A program made the translations under genes and the position numbers. Under the pieces are notes generated by a model. It was not told where the DNA came from. It saw nothing but the letters and a program-made list of their open reading frames with translations, and did no database searches. Source: an uncultured Methanotrichaceae archaeon (GTDB lineage Archaea; Halobacteriota; Methanosarcinia; Methanotrichales; Methanotrichaceae). Taken from it: a stretch of 64,000 bases of DNA. Below are positions 19,331-28,321 of this stretch, piece by piece (within the stretch, counting starts at the first letter, position 1; every line of letters begins with the position of its first letter). The stretch covers positions 9,386-73,385 of the forward strand of contig CAZFFD010000001.1 in assembly GCA_964518035.1 (NCBI GenBank), in the 5' to 3' direction.

Positions 19331-20407
19331 ATGGAACTGCACCGTCGCTTTGACATGGCTGCAGGAGCCCTGGTATTCCTGGTATTTCTGGCAACAGTCT
19401 ACCTGACCAAGGATTTCCTTACCACGATTCTGCTGAGCATTGTCCTGGTATTTCTTCTCAAGCCGCTTTATGCAATATTCCTCCGCCTGACCCAGCAGAG
19501 ACAGATCTCATCATTTTTGTCCATAATGATAGTATTCATATTCATCCTGGCAGTCCTGCTGGGAATCACCACTGTACTGCTGGTGGAGATCTCCAATCTG
19601 GAGAGGTCGGGAGTCTTATCAAGCGACCAGTTTACCATCATCACCCGCGAGACTGATTCATGGGCCAAGAGCACTCTTCCTGTATGGGTTTATGATTACG
19701 TAAACGACACAATTGTGAAATATGTGCAGGAGATAAGCGATATCCCTGTCACGATTGCAACCTGGCTTTTTCCAATTGTGCAGCGAGAGCTCACTTCTTT
19801 TGCTTCCAATCTGCCTGTCCTTTTCGCCCAGTTGATCGTAGTGGTATTTTTTACGTACTATCTCCTCATAGACGGCAAAGAGTTCATCGTCAAGGCTGTG
19901 GAGCTGGTTCCTGGGCCAAAGCAGGCGATTGTCCAGAATTTCCTGCAGGAGCTCAACAGCATCTATACCACTCTATTCACAGTCTACTTCTCCACATCCA
20001 TGTTAAGCGGCGCCCTGGCGGCCATAGGCTTTTCAATGCTTGGAGTATCTTATCCATTTGTGCTGGGGGCAATCATTGGAATATTCACGCTCATCCCGAT
20101 GCTTGGGCCGCCCATCGTGTTTATCCCTATGGCTCTTTATTATATGTTCATCGGGGATATGGCTCGTTCCCTGATAATCCTGGTATTCGGAACTGTGGTG
20201 CTTATGGTGATACCTGAGAACGTGCTGCGACCTCATCTGGCCATGAAGAGCGCGAGGATCCATCCGATAGTCACACTGCTCGCGTACACGGCTCCCATAT
20301 TCGTTGTGGGCCTGATTGGCGTGATCCTGGGTCCCACACTCTACGGCTTTCTCATGGCAGCTTATCGGACGGTCATAAATAATCGGAAGAATAATAAGAA
20401 GACTTGA
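19331..20407 (+). CDS. AI-2E family transporter (PerM/UPF0118-type permease)
   Basis: 358 aa. About 7-8 hydrophobic helices, a length and topology typical of the family, and a conserved-looking C-terminal region (LIPMLGPPIVFIP). Confidence 0.7.
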   Translation: MELHRRFDMAAGALVFLVFLATVYLTKDFLTTILLSIVLVFLLKPLYAIFLRLTQQRQISSFLSIMIVFIFILAVLLGITTVLLVEISNLERSGVLSSDQFTIITRETDSWAKSTLPVWVYDYVNDTIVKYVQEISDIPVTIATWLFPIVQRELTSFASNLPVLFAQLIVVVFFTYYLLIDGKEFIVKAVELVPGPKQAIVQNFLQELNSIYTTLFTVYFSTSMLSGALAAIGFSMLGVSYPFVLGAIIGIFTLIPMLGPPIVFIPMALYYMFIGDMARSLIILVFGTVVLMVIPENVLRPHLAMKSARIHPIVTLLAYTAPIFVVGLIGVILGPTLYGFLMAAYRTVINNRKNNKKT

Positions 20408-20430
20408 CGGTCAAGAGCATAGGGCGTGTT

Positions 20431-20919
20431 ATGGTTCAATTCATACTCAGAAGGGCGACTATTAAGGATGTTCCGAGTCTGATCAAGTTGTGCAAGGAGA
20501 CGATCCTGGAGGTCTACGGTCAGATCCTGCCCAGGGAGATGCTGGAGCCCTGGGTTGAAGGCGACATGGTTATCGAGACTGTCAACAAGCAGTGGCAAAG
20601 AATGATCGTGGCCGAAAGGGCTGGAGTGGTCGTGGGAGTTGCTGCGGCTCTTGACAACAAGATTGACCTTCTCTGGGTTCATCCAGCCCACCACCGAAAT
20701 GGCATTGGGGGCGCTCTGCTGGATATGGTCGAGGCCGGGATCGGGAAATCCGGGCATGGCATCGGAGTGCTGGAATGCTTCTGCGATAATGGCCGTGCCG
20801 TAGGATTCTATCTGGCCAAAGGCTGGCAGCCCCTCCGCCAGGAGATGGACGACGAGGCTGGGGCCATGAAGATGGTGATGACAAAGGCTCTTGTGCAGCC
20901 TAATTCCGAGCGATCATAG
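20431..20919 (+). CDS. GNAT family N-acetyltransferase (paralog 2)
   Basis: HPAHHRNGIGGALLD motif. Aligns end to end with the ORF at 18807-19286, and long nucleotide stretches are identical. ATG 20431 was chosen from the alignment with paralog 1. Confidence 0.8.
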   Translation: MVQFILRRATIKDVPSLIKLCKETILEVYGQILPREMLEPWVEGDMVIETVNKQWQRMIVAERAGVVVGVAAALDNKIDLLWVHPAHHRNGIGGALLDMVEAGIGKSGHGIGVLECFCDNGRAVGFYLAKGWQPLRQEMDDEAGAMKMVMTKALVQPNSERS

Positions 20920-21135
20920 CCAATTGGTCTCAACTCGGCTCGCGTATCTCCTCCAAATTTTCGTTGGTGGGAATCAACAGGCATATTGCAGGCATAATAA
21001 TAGAATTCACTCTCTACAAGCTTCTTTCTGGCAGCCAGTCGGGCGGCGGCTGATGGCCATGACATCTGGTGAGATGGAAAGGTTTATCTCGTTTTATAGG
21101 GCACTATTTTAGTTCAGTTCCATGGAGCTTTTGAG

Positions 21136-22428
21136 ATGGGTAGAGAGAATGGCTTGGTGAAGGGTGATGCTATTGATGTCGCTGAGTTGCTGCTGACTGC
21201 GGATATCTATAATCGCAAGGAAATTTTGACTGAAGACGACCTGCCACCCATAATTCGCAAGCATTACTTCGATCCACAGACCAAGAGCGTAAAAAGGCCG
21301 ATCTACGTAACCAGCGGCGACGTAGAAAAGATTTATGCAATCGATAATGTGAAAGCTGCCATAAAAGATCTCACCTTTGTGGCCTTTGAGGAGTTCGGCT
21401 CCCAGCTCCGGTTAACTGTATTCGATGTGGCAGCCAGGTGGTTTGCGAATCAAAAGGACATGGCAAGAATCCGGTCTAACCCCACCCTGGCCTCTTTTTA
21501 CGAGAACTACGATTCACTGGATGTGAATTATGCAGAAGCCAAAGATGCCAATAAACCACTATCATCCGACAGGGAGTGGATTGAAGCTCGTATAAAGGAG
21601 CTATGCAAGGATTCCAAGGAGGCAGATGATCTTCTCAAGCTGGCTTACATCAAGGCTCCTGAGGATGTGAGGGACAACCTGGCCGGACTGGTTCTGAATG
21701 AAGATCAGAAATCGGAGATTGCAAAGATGGGCAAGGCTCTGAAGAATCGGCAGTATCTCCGGGAGATAGGCCTCTTCGAGATAGGCAAGCTTCTCTTTGT
21801 CGGGCCGCCGGGGACAGGCAAGACCTCAACTGCCAGGGCTCTGTCCAAGTGGTTCTCGCTTCCAATTGTCGAGGTTCGCCTCTCCATGATCACCAGCCAA
21901 TACCTGGGCGAGACGTCCAAGAACGTGGACAAGGTCTTTGAGCTGGCCAAACGGCTCGCGCCCTGCATTCTTCTGATAGATGAGTTCGATTTTGTGGCCA
22001 AGACCAGAACCTCGGACGAGCACGGGGCCATGAAGAGGGCTGTCAACTCACTTCTCAAGGCCATAGACGAGATCAGTCTGGTGGAGCATGGCGTCTTGCT
22101 CCTGGCAGCCACCAACCATCCTCAACTGCTGGATTATGCCGCATGGAGGAGGTTTGACAAGGTTTTGAATTTCCCCCTGCCGGATATGGCGATGAGGCGG
22201 ATGATCCTGGATAAGGTTCTCTCGCGAATCGACGCCGAGGCAGATACGGCAAAGCTGGCTGAGATGACTGAGGGCTACTCAGGCTCGGACCTGAGGCTGG
22301 TGATTCGCGAGGCGGTGCTCAATGCACTCCTGGAGGACAGGAAGCACTTAAGCCAGGAGGATCTAGAGATGTCAATAAGTGAGTTCAGGCAAAGGATCTC
22401 GGACTACAAGAGAAGTGTGGCAGCATGA
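21136..22428 (+). CDS. Classical AAA family ATPase with a unique ~200-aa N-terminal domain
   Basis: 430 aa. Walker A GPPGTGKTS, Walker B ILLIDEFD, and second region of homology AATNHPQLLDYAAWRRFD. Confidence 0.85.
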   Translation: MGRENGLVKGDAIDVAELLLTADIYNRKEILTEDDLPPIIRKHYFDPQTKSVKRPIYVTSGDVEKIYAIDNVKAAIKDLTFVAFEEFGSQLRLTVFDVAARWFANQKDMARIRSNPTLASFYENYDSLDVNYAEAKDANKPLSSDREWIEARIKELCKDSKEADDLLKLAYIKAPEDVRDNLAGLVLNEDQKSEIAKMGKALKNRQYLREIGLFEIGKLLFVGPPGTGKTSTARALSKWFSLPIVEVRLSMITSQYLGETSKNVDKVFELAKRLAPCILLIDEFDFVAKTRTSDEHGAMKRAVNSLLKAIDEISLVEHGVLLLAATNHPQLLDYAAWRRFDKVLNFPLPDMAMRRMILDKVLSRIDAEADTAKLAEMTEGYSGSDLRLVIREAVLNALLEDRKHLSQEDLEMSISEFRQRISDYKRSVAA

Positions 22429-23168
22429 AGGTCACGCTTCTGGGAACCGGCGACGCAATAGGCACTCCCAAGATCGGGTGCAAGTGTCCGGCATGCATGG
22501 ATGCTCTGCGAGGCGGGCGCAGTCGGAGGATGAGGTTTACGGTTCTCATTGAGTCGGATGAGGACGATGGAAGGGTGCTGATTGACAGCAGCCCGGACCT
22601 GCGTTGGCAGCTTTTAAAAAAGGATATCTCCAATGTTGATGGGGTGATCTGGACCCATGCGCATTATGATCATTATGCAGGGTTCGGGGATTTTCACAGG
22701 GTGCAGAGCCATGTGGACGTCTATGCTCTCAAGGGCACAATGGACTACATCCTCAATTATCTCTATTTCTTAAATCCAATGCGTCACGATGAGGTAGCAT
22801 ATCAGCCCTTCGATATTGCCGGGATGGAGTTCACGCTCTTTCCCGTCACCCATCCGCCTTTGGAGACTGTGGGAGTCCGAATCAGAGACGGGCGAAATGC
22901 TGTGGTGATCACGAGCGACACCAAGATGGAGATCCCTGAAGAGAGTCTGGAGATTATGAAGGGAGCCGATTTGATGTTGGCCGACGCAATCACGCCGCCC
23001 GGATACACTATCAGCAAGCACATGACTGCGGACGAGGCCATGATTCTTGGTGAAAGGCTGGGGGCGAAGAGACTGATTCTCACTCACTTAAGCCACCTTT
23101 ACCCGCCTCATGAGATAGCTCTGAAGGAGTGGCCGCTGGGGCATGACATGATGGAGATAGTTCTGTAA
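22425..23168 (+). CDS. MBL-fold metallo-hydrolase (PhnP/COG1235-like)
   Basis: 247 aa. N-terminal LLGTGDAIGTP with a CKCPAC Zn-ribbon-like insert, and the metal motif HAHYDHYAG. The start overlaps the AAA gene stop (ATGA). Confidence 0.8.
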   Translation: MKVTLLGTGDAIGTPKIGCKCPACMDALRGGRSRRMRFTVLIESDEDDGRVLIDSSPDLRWQLLKKDISNVDGVIWTHAHYDHYAGFGDFHRVQSHVDVYALKGTMDYILNYLYFLNPMRHDEVAYQPFDIAGMEFTLFPVTHPPLETVGVRIRDGRNAVVITSDTKMEIPEESLEIMKGADLMLADAITPPGYTISKHMTADEAMILGERLGAKRLILTHLSHLYPPHEIALKEWPLGHDMMEIVL

Positions 23169-23201
23169 GGAAAATGTGCGTCTTGGCGATCTGGCTGGAG
23201 A

Positions 23202-24578
23202 ATGATTATGGTCTATCTTTGTGCCTTTGTGTCTTTGTGGTTAAGTTTTGTTGGTAGGAATGAATGCTCAATTACTACGAATACGATCACCACAAAGGCA
23301 CAAAGGCACAAAGAAAAGAGAACCGCTGCTTCGTCCATAATTATCTTGCTTCTTCTGCTTCTAATGCTGCAGCCGCTCGTTCCGGCAGCCGATTCGACTG
23401 ATGATGAAGTCGATGCTCATGCATTGGCCGCGCCCGCCTCAGCCGAGGAGTCTGTGAAGAGCCTGGCCGCTTATCTGATTGAGCCTGCCGCCAATGATCG
23501 GGAAAAGGCGAGAGCCATATTCAGATGGATCTGCGAGAACATAGATTACAATGTGGATGTTTTCTTCAGCGGGAAAGCTGGTTCCACCAACTCTAGCGAT
23601 GTTCTGAAGAGCCGAAAATCTGTCTGCTACGGCTACTCAGATCTATTTCTGGCTCTTGCAAAAGAGGCGGGACTTGAGGCCCGGAGAATTAAGGGATATG
23701 GCAAGGGCTACGGATACCAGCCGGGCACGAACTTCACGGGCCCCTCCAATCATGCCTGGAATGCAGTCCGGATTAACGGCTCATGGTATCTCGTGGACAG
23801 CACCTGGGGGGCCGGGTATGTGAGCGGCGACGGAAAATATGTGCGCCATTTCGAGGAGCATTTCTTCATGACCCCACCGTCGCAGTTCGTCTTCAATCAC
23901 TTCCCGGAAGAAGAGCAGTGGCAGCTTCTTGATGAGCCATTGTCAAAGCCGGAGTTCGAGGGGCTGGTTTATCTGGAGCCGGACTTTTTCGGGCTGGGGC
24001 TCATGCTTGGAGAAGAGAAGAACGGGACGATACAGGCCGGCGGGGATGTCAATGTCTCCATTTTCGCTCCTGATGATGTGCTGATGATGGTTGCGCTGCA
24101 GCCAGCCGGTGGCGGGGCAGAGCTGGATGGCTATTCATTCTGCCAGAGGGATGGGAGCAGGTATGATCTTCTGGCACGGTTTCCTGCAGCCGGGAGATAT
24201 ATTTTGAAGGCGTATGCCAAAGACAGGAATGATACCGGCGAGTATGATTCTGTTTTGGAGTACCTGATTGTGGCCTCCTCCGGGGATGAAGGCGGATCGG
24301 GGTTTCCCAAGGCTTTCGCGAAGTTCCCTGAGGCGGGCTGCTACCTCGTGAGCCCGCGGCAGGGCAGGCTTGAGGCCGGGAAGAGCTACTGGTTCAGCAT
24401 TCGGGTTCCGGGTGCCGAGGATGTGGCTGTGGTCTCCGGGGAGGAGTGGACGCACCTCGTCGCGAAGCAGGGGGATCTGTTCGAAGGGAATGCGACTGCT
24501 GGGGAGGAGGGTGCGGGGGTGTACGCGAACAACGGGGGCGGGAAGTGGGACGGGGTGGTGAAGTTCGGAGTTGATTGA
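23202..24578 (+). CDS. Transglutaminase-like cysteine protease domain protein, membrane-anchored or secreted
   Basis: 458 aa. Transglutaminase-core Cys-His-Asp pattern (SRKSVCYGYSDLF, NHAWNAV, LVDSTWG). Hydrophobic N-terminus. The start is uncertain because the first ~110 nt consist of an inverted repeat. Confidence 0.7.
   Translation: MIMVYLCAFVSLWLSFVGRNECSITTNTITTKAQRHKEKRTAASSIIILLLLLLMLQPLVPAADSTDDEVDAHALAAPASAEESVKSLAAYLIEPAANDREKARAIFRWICENIDYNVDVFFSGKAGSTNSSDVLKSRKSVCYGYSDLFLALAKEAGLEARRIKGYGKGYGYQPGTNFTGPSNHAWNAVRINGSWYLVDSTWGAGYVSGDGKYVRHFEEHFFMTPPSQFVFNHFPEEEQWQLLDEPLSKPEFEGLVYLEPDFFGLGLMLGEEKNGTIQAGGDVNVSIFAPDDVLMMVALQPAGGGAELDGYSFCQRDGSRYDLLARFPAAGRYILKAYAKDRNDTGEYDSVLEYLIVASSGDEGGSGFPKAFAKFPEAGCYLVSPRQGRLEAGKSYWFSIRVPGAEDVAVVSGEEWTHLVAKQGDLFEGNATAGEEGAGVYANNGGGKWDGVVKFGVD
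23217..23313. repeat. 25-bp near-perfect inverted repeat (1 mismatch) with a 47-nt spacer
   Basis: The left arm is CTTTGTGCCTTTGTGTCTTTGTGGT (23217-23241). The right arm is ACCACAAAGGCACAAAGGCACAAAG (23289-23313). Each arm is itself three copies of an 8-mer, TTTGTGNN. Confidence 0.85.
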
Positions 24579-24881
24579 TCTGTATGCGCTTGACGTATGT
24601 TTTTAGCTCACCACAATCAGTATCTATAAGCCTATTTAGCATCATTCCGTGTCGCTAATTGCTGGGGATCGTTTTATGAGCCAAAACGTCACTTGATATT
24701 GGTTTCTAATTAAATGCATTTTAATACATACTATTGTATTAGGAACTAAAACCAGCATCTATCGAGCATTTCGTGGAGAGCTAAACACATACCGCTTGGC
24801 CACCTCAGAATTGGTTTATATTTTTTAGATATTCCTATAAACTCTTGGTTCCGTCGCAAAAACGAACCGAATAAGCGCGCT

Positions 24882-25298
24882 TTATTTTGAAATATTTTGC
24901 TCCCCTTTTGCCATTGATGACTCAATTTTCCCATGAATCCAAAAAACCACACCCCACAGGAATATTAGAATAATTAAATATGTTAAATAGGTGTCTAAAT
25001 AATATTCAAATTCTGTAAAACTTTTATAAATAATAACAAGTGCTATTATACTAATAACTATAGACGGCGCTAATTTTCGAATATTTCCATTTAAATAACA
25101 TGCAAATAAAATTAAACTAATGCCCAACAATACCAGAGCGGAAACTGTCAAATAAGGGATATTTTGATAATTTTCTTCATAAGAGGCCATTATCAATAGA
25201 TCCTCTTTTAATAATGTTATATGAAATAGAGTCAACAAAGAAAAACATATAAATTCACATCCAATAAATAAAGTAAATTTTTTTAATTGATATATCAT
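24882..25298 (-). CDS. Small polytopic membrane protein (hypothetical)
   Basis: 138 aa with about 4 hydrophobic helices. Its ATG directly abuts the stop of the upstream vWA gene. Very A+T-rich. Confidence 0.5.
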   Translation of the reverse strand: MIYQLKKFTLFIGCEFICFSLLTLFHITLLKEDLLIMASYEENYQNIPYLTVSALVLLGISLILFACYLNGNIRKLAPSIVISIIALVIIYKSFTEFEYYLDTYLTYLIILIFLWGVVFWIHGKIESSMAKGEQNISK

Positions 25299-26660
25299 CT
25301 AACCCATCCTAAAAAAAAAATTTAGCATATCTATAAATCCAATGTTTTTTGTTTTTAATGTTTTATTTAAATTTGTGTTATTTACAGACATAATACTCAG
25401 ACGACCACGTGAGGCAGTACCTAATGGCAATTCCTTTTCCTGCATATTAGAATGCCATGTATACCTAAGCATCGGACCTTCTCTTTCGCTTGGTGAACAG
25501 ATGACAAGAGGGCCTTTTCGTTCCGACACAGTCACAGGTAACGTCATTGGATTAAACGTGTTCTCGATATTGAAGGCCACAGTTGTTGTGCTATTCGGTA
25601 ATAATGCGGATATCTTAACCAGAACTTCGGTTGTACCATCCGGTAGTGGATTAGGCTCAATTATACTTTGGAGCGATTGGCTTTCTTTATTAGTATCTAC
25701 TCGAAGAGAGTTTATATCCGGTTTATTGTAGCAATAAAACCGATCAATTATTTCGACATTATCTGCAACAGATTTATTCATGATATTGTCGAAATGCGTT
25801 CGAAGAGCCTTCTCGATAGTTGCGTTAAGCTCTGAATATAAGTCTGTATCCACCTCTACAAAGTCACTTAACGCTTTATTCAATACATTGACGTACGAAA
25901 CTGCGTATCTTATTTTATTTTCATTATTAGATATATCTGTTAAATATTCATGCAATTCCGATTCATCTGGTATGTCCAATCCAACCGTATATATGTCAAT
26001 TTTATTATCTCTTGCCTCATTTAGCAAATCAGAACTGGCTGGCTTATATTCACCATTTCCAGTTACTAACACTATGAATTGCCTTGTGTGAAGTGGATCT
26101 TTAGGGCGGTTTTCAGGATTTCTAAATATATCAAGCGACGCTTTTATCGGCACTGAAAAATCGGTATTTTCGGTTTGATTGCATTTAAAAAAAACAGGCA
26201 ATTTTTTAATATCATTAGTTGCGTTTTCTAGAGATGCCAATTTATGTGAACGAGGTTCATTATCATTAAGCGAAATAAAACCTAATTTTTTATCATACGC
26301 AAAATCGATATTATCATCCCAACCGACGAGAGAAATATTAAAAATAGCATCAGGATACAATTTAGGTAAATTATTTAAGAATTTCGGAATATCACGTAGT
26401 ACTGCTTTTGTTTGAGTTGACGTCTCTTTAAAGCTTCCTGAGCTATCTAATGCCAACACAAAGTTATAATGTACAATTTTAGGAGTTGTGATCGTATATA
26501 TCATTTGAAATTTTTTCTCCTCATTAATGGGAATTATTTCATTTGTTATACTAATTTCAGTAGCGGTATCGTTTGACTTATCAGCCATCCCACTGGATAC
26601 ATATAAAGTTAATATCGTTATTAATATCAAACCACCTATTATAAATTTTCTCACTAGCAT
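25299..26660 (-). CDS. Secreted von Willebrand factor A (vWA) domain protein
   Basis: 453 aa. Signal/anchor MLVRKFIIGGLILITILTLYV and the MIDAS motif LALDSSGSF, followed by a vWA-like alpha/beta region and a beta-rich C-terminal domain. Confidence 0.7.
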   Translation of the reverse strand: MLVRKFIIGGLILITILTLYVSSGMADKSNDTATEISITNEIIPINEEKKFQMIYTITTPKIVHYNFVLALDSSGSFKETSTQTKAVLRDIPKFLNNLPKLYPDAIFNISLVGWDDNIDFAYDKKLGFISLNDNEPRSHKLASLENATNDIKKLPVFFKCNQTENTDFSVPIKASLDIFRNPENRPKDPLHTRQFIVLVTGNGEYKPASSDLLNEARDNKIDIYTVGLDIPDESELHEYLTDISNNENKIRYAVSYVNVLNKALSDFVEVDTDLYSELNATIEKALRTHFDNIMNKSVADNVEIIDRFYCYNKPDINSLRVDTNKESQSLQSIIEPNPLPDGTTEVLVKISALLPNSTTTVAFNIENTFNPMTLPVTVSERKGPLVICSPSEREGPMLRYTWHSNMQEKELPLGTASRGRLSIMSVNNTNLNKTLKTKNIGFIDMLNFFFRMG

Positions 26661-27063
26661 TTCCCTCCTATAGTTGTAAGGTTTTGTACAGACACAGATA
26701 TATCATTTTCCATTGAGGATTCCTATTTTAGAGTCCTAAAAGCTTGGCATTTATATACTTCTGCACTTCAAGGTGGCATGGGCAAGGGCATAAGGAACAA
26801 AGTTTTAAAGCTGACAGCTGCCAAGGTTAAATACGTAATCCAAGCAAAACGAGTAAAATTGCGACGGTGAACCCAGCCGCAAACTACGTAGCAGGCACTA
26901 TCGCATTTCTCATGTGCCACAAGCAGCTCCGCCCGCGAGCCTGAAATCGCATGTTCGATCTATTCCTCGCACCTCAGACGAAAACTATTTCTCTCTTGCA
27001 TCCGAAACGTCGGACGCTTCGCCCTGGCACAATGAAGCTGCCGGGCAGAGATGCAGAGAAAAA

Positions 27064-28314
27064 ATGGAAATGCTAAACGCCGTGCTTGATGTAAACATTT
27101 CTCTTGTGGCCTTAGCTGCGGTTCTTCTGCTCATTGCAGTGAGACAGGTCGGCAAAAAGAGCCTGGCCATCTGGCAGATCATGCTTCTTGGAGCTGTCGC
27201 AGTCCTCGTCACCGGTCAGGTCTCGCTTCCGGAGGCGGCGGCTGCCATCAACCTGGATGTGATGATTTTTCTGGCTGCGATGTTCGTGATAGGCGAGTCC
27301 ATGCAGGAGAGCGGCTATCTTCTCTATCTGTTCAATCGCATCTTCAAGAGAGCCAGAAATCCGGATCAGCTCGTGCTTCTCATCCTCTTTTCGATGGGAT
27401 TTCTCTCGGCTCTTCTCATGAACGATACCCTGGCAATCATAGGCACGCCCCTCATGCTCTACCTCGCCCGGACGCTGAAGATTTCTGCAAAGCTCCTCCT
27501 TCTCACTCTCGCCTTTGCCGTGACCATAGGCAGCGCCATGAGCCCCATCGGCAACCCCCAGAATCTGCTCATCGCCGTCAACTCAGGGCTGTCCAACCCC
27601 TTCTTCGTCTTCTTGCAGTATCTGATGCTTCCGACCCTCGTCAACCTCGTCCTCGCCTATCTCTTGCTGCGGTTTTTCTACAGGGGGCAGTTCCAGAAGA
27701 GATCGCTTGAGATCGGCTCTGAGGAGATATCTGATCGGGCGCTGGCACGCCTCTCTCGCGTCTCATTTATTCTGCTCTTCGTCCTGATACTGGCCAAGAT
27801 GGCCTCAGTGGTTTTGGGGGCGGCAGACATGTTTCGTCTGACATACATCGCTCTCATCTCAGCTTTGCCAATCCTCCTCTTCAGCGAAAGAAGATGGGAG
27901 GTGGCGAGAAACATCGACTGGTGCACTCTAATCTTCTTTGCTTCAATGTTCGTCCTGATGGACGCAGTTTGGAGGTCGGGGGTCTTCCAGTCCCTTCTGG
28001 CGGGATCAAATGCCGACTTTGCCTCAGTTCCAACAGTTCTCGCCTTCAGCGTCATCATGAGCCAGCTTGTCTCCAATGTGCCTCTGGTGGCTCTCTGCCA
28101 GCCGTTGCTGGTCCATCCCACGGCTGAGGCGCTCATGGCTCTCGCTGCTGGAAGCACAATCGCCGGAAACCTCTTCATCCTGGGCGCTGCGAGCAATGTG
28201 ATCATCATTCAGAATGCAGAGAAGAGCGGCGAGACCATCACCTTCCTGGAGTTCGCGCGGGTGGGTGTGCCTCTGACCCTCCTGAATGTGCTGGTGTACT
28301 GGGCGTTTATCTGA
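27064..28314 (+). CDS. ArsB/NhaD (IT superfamily) anion permease family protein
   Basis: About 416 aa from ATG 27064 (the track start 26914 adds a non-hydrophobic leader). 10-12 hydrophobic helices and the family-like motifs GSAMSPIGNPQNLLI and GNLFILGAASNVI. Confidence 0.7.
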   Translation: MEMLNAVLDVNISLVALAAVLLLIAVRQVGKKSLAIWQIMLLGAVAVLVTGQVSLPEAAAAINLDVMIFLAAMFVIGESMQESGYLLYLFNRIFKRARNPDQLVLLILFSMGFLSALLMNDTLAIIGTPLMLYLARTLKISAKLLLLTLAFAVTIGSAMSPIGNPQNLLIAVNSGLSNPFFVFLQYLMLPTLVNLVLAYLLLRFFYRGQFQKRSLEIGSEEISDRALARLSRVSFILLFVLILAKMASVVLGAADMFRLTYIALISALPILLFSERRWEVARNIDWCTLIFFASMFVLMDAVWRSGVFQSLLAGSNADFASVPTVLAFSVIMSQLVSNVPLVALCQPLLVHPTAEALMALAAGSTIAGNLFILGAASNVIIIQNAEKSGETITFLEFARVGVPLTLLNVLVYWAFI

Positions 28315-28321
28315 AAAAAAG

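Noticed and set aside
24746-24952. Short ORFs in A+T-rich intergenic regions: 24746-24952 (-), 56901-57089 (-), 59967-60158 (-) and 60962-61174 (-).
   Set aside because: They overlap better-supported genes or promoter regions, have no start context, and have compositions typical of random A+T-rich ORFs.
26914-27063. A 50-codon N-terminal extension of the ArsB/NhaD-type permease in the ORF track.
   Set aside because: The extension is hydrophilic and Pro/Ser/Ala-rich, lies in what looks like intergenic sequence, and has no ribosome-binding signal. The first TM helix follows ATG 27064.
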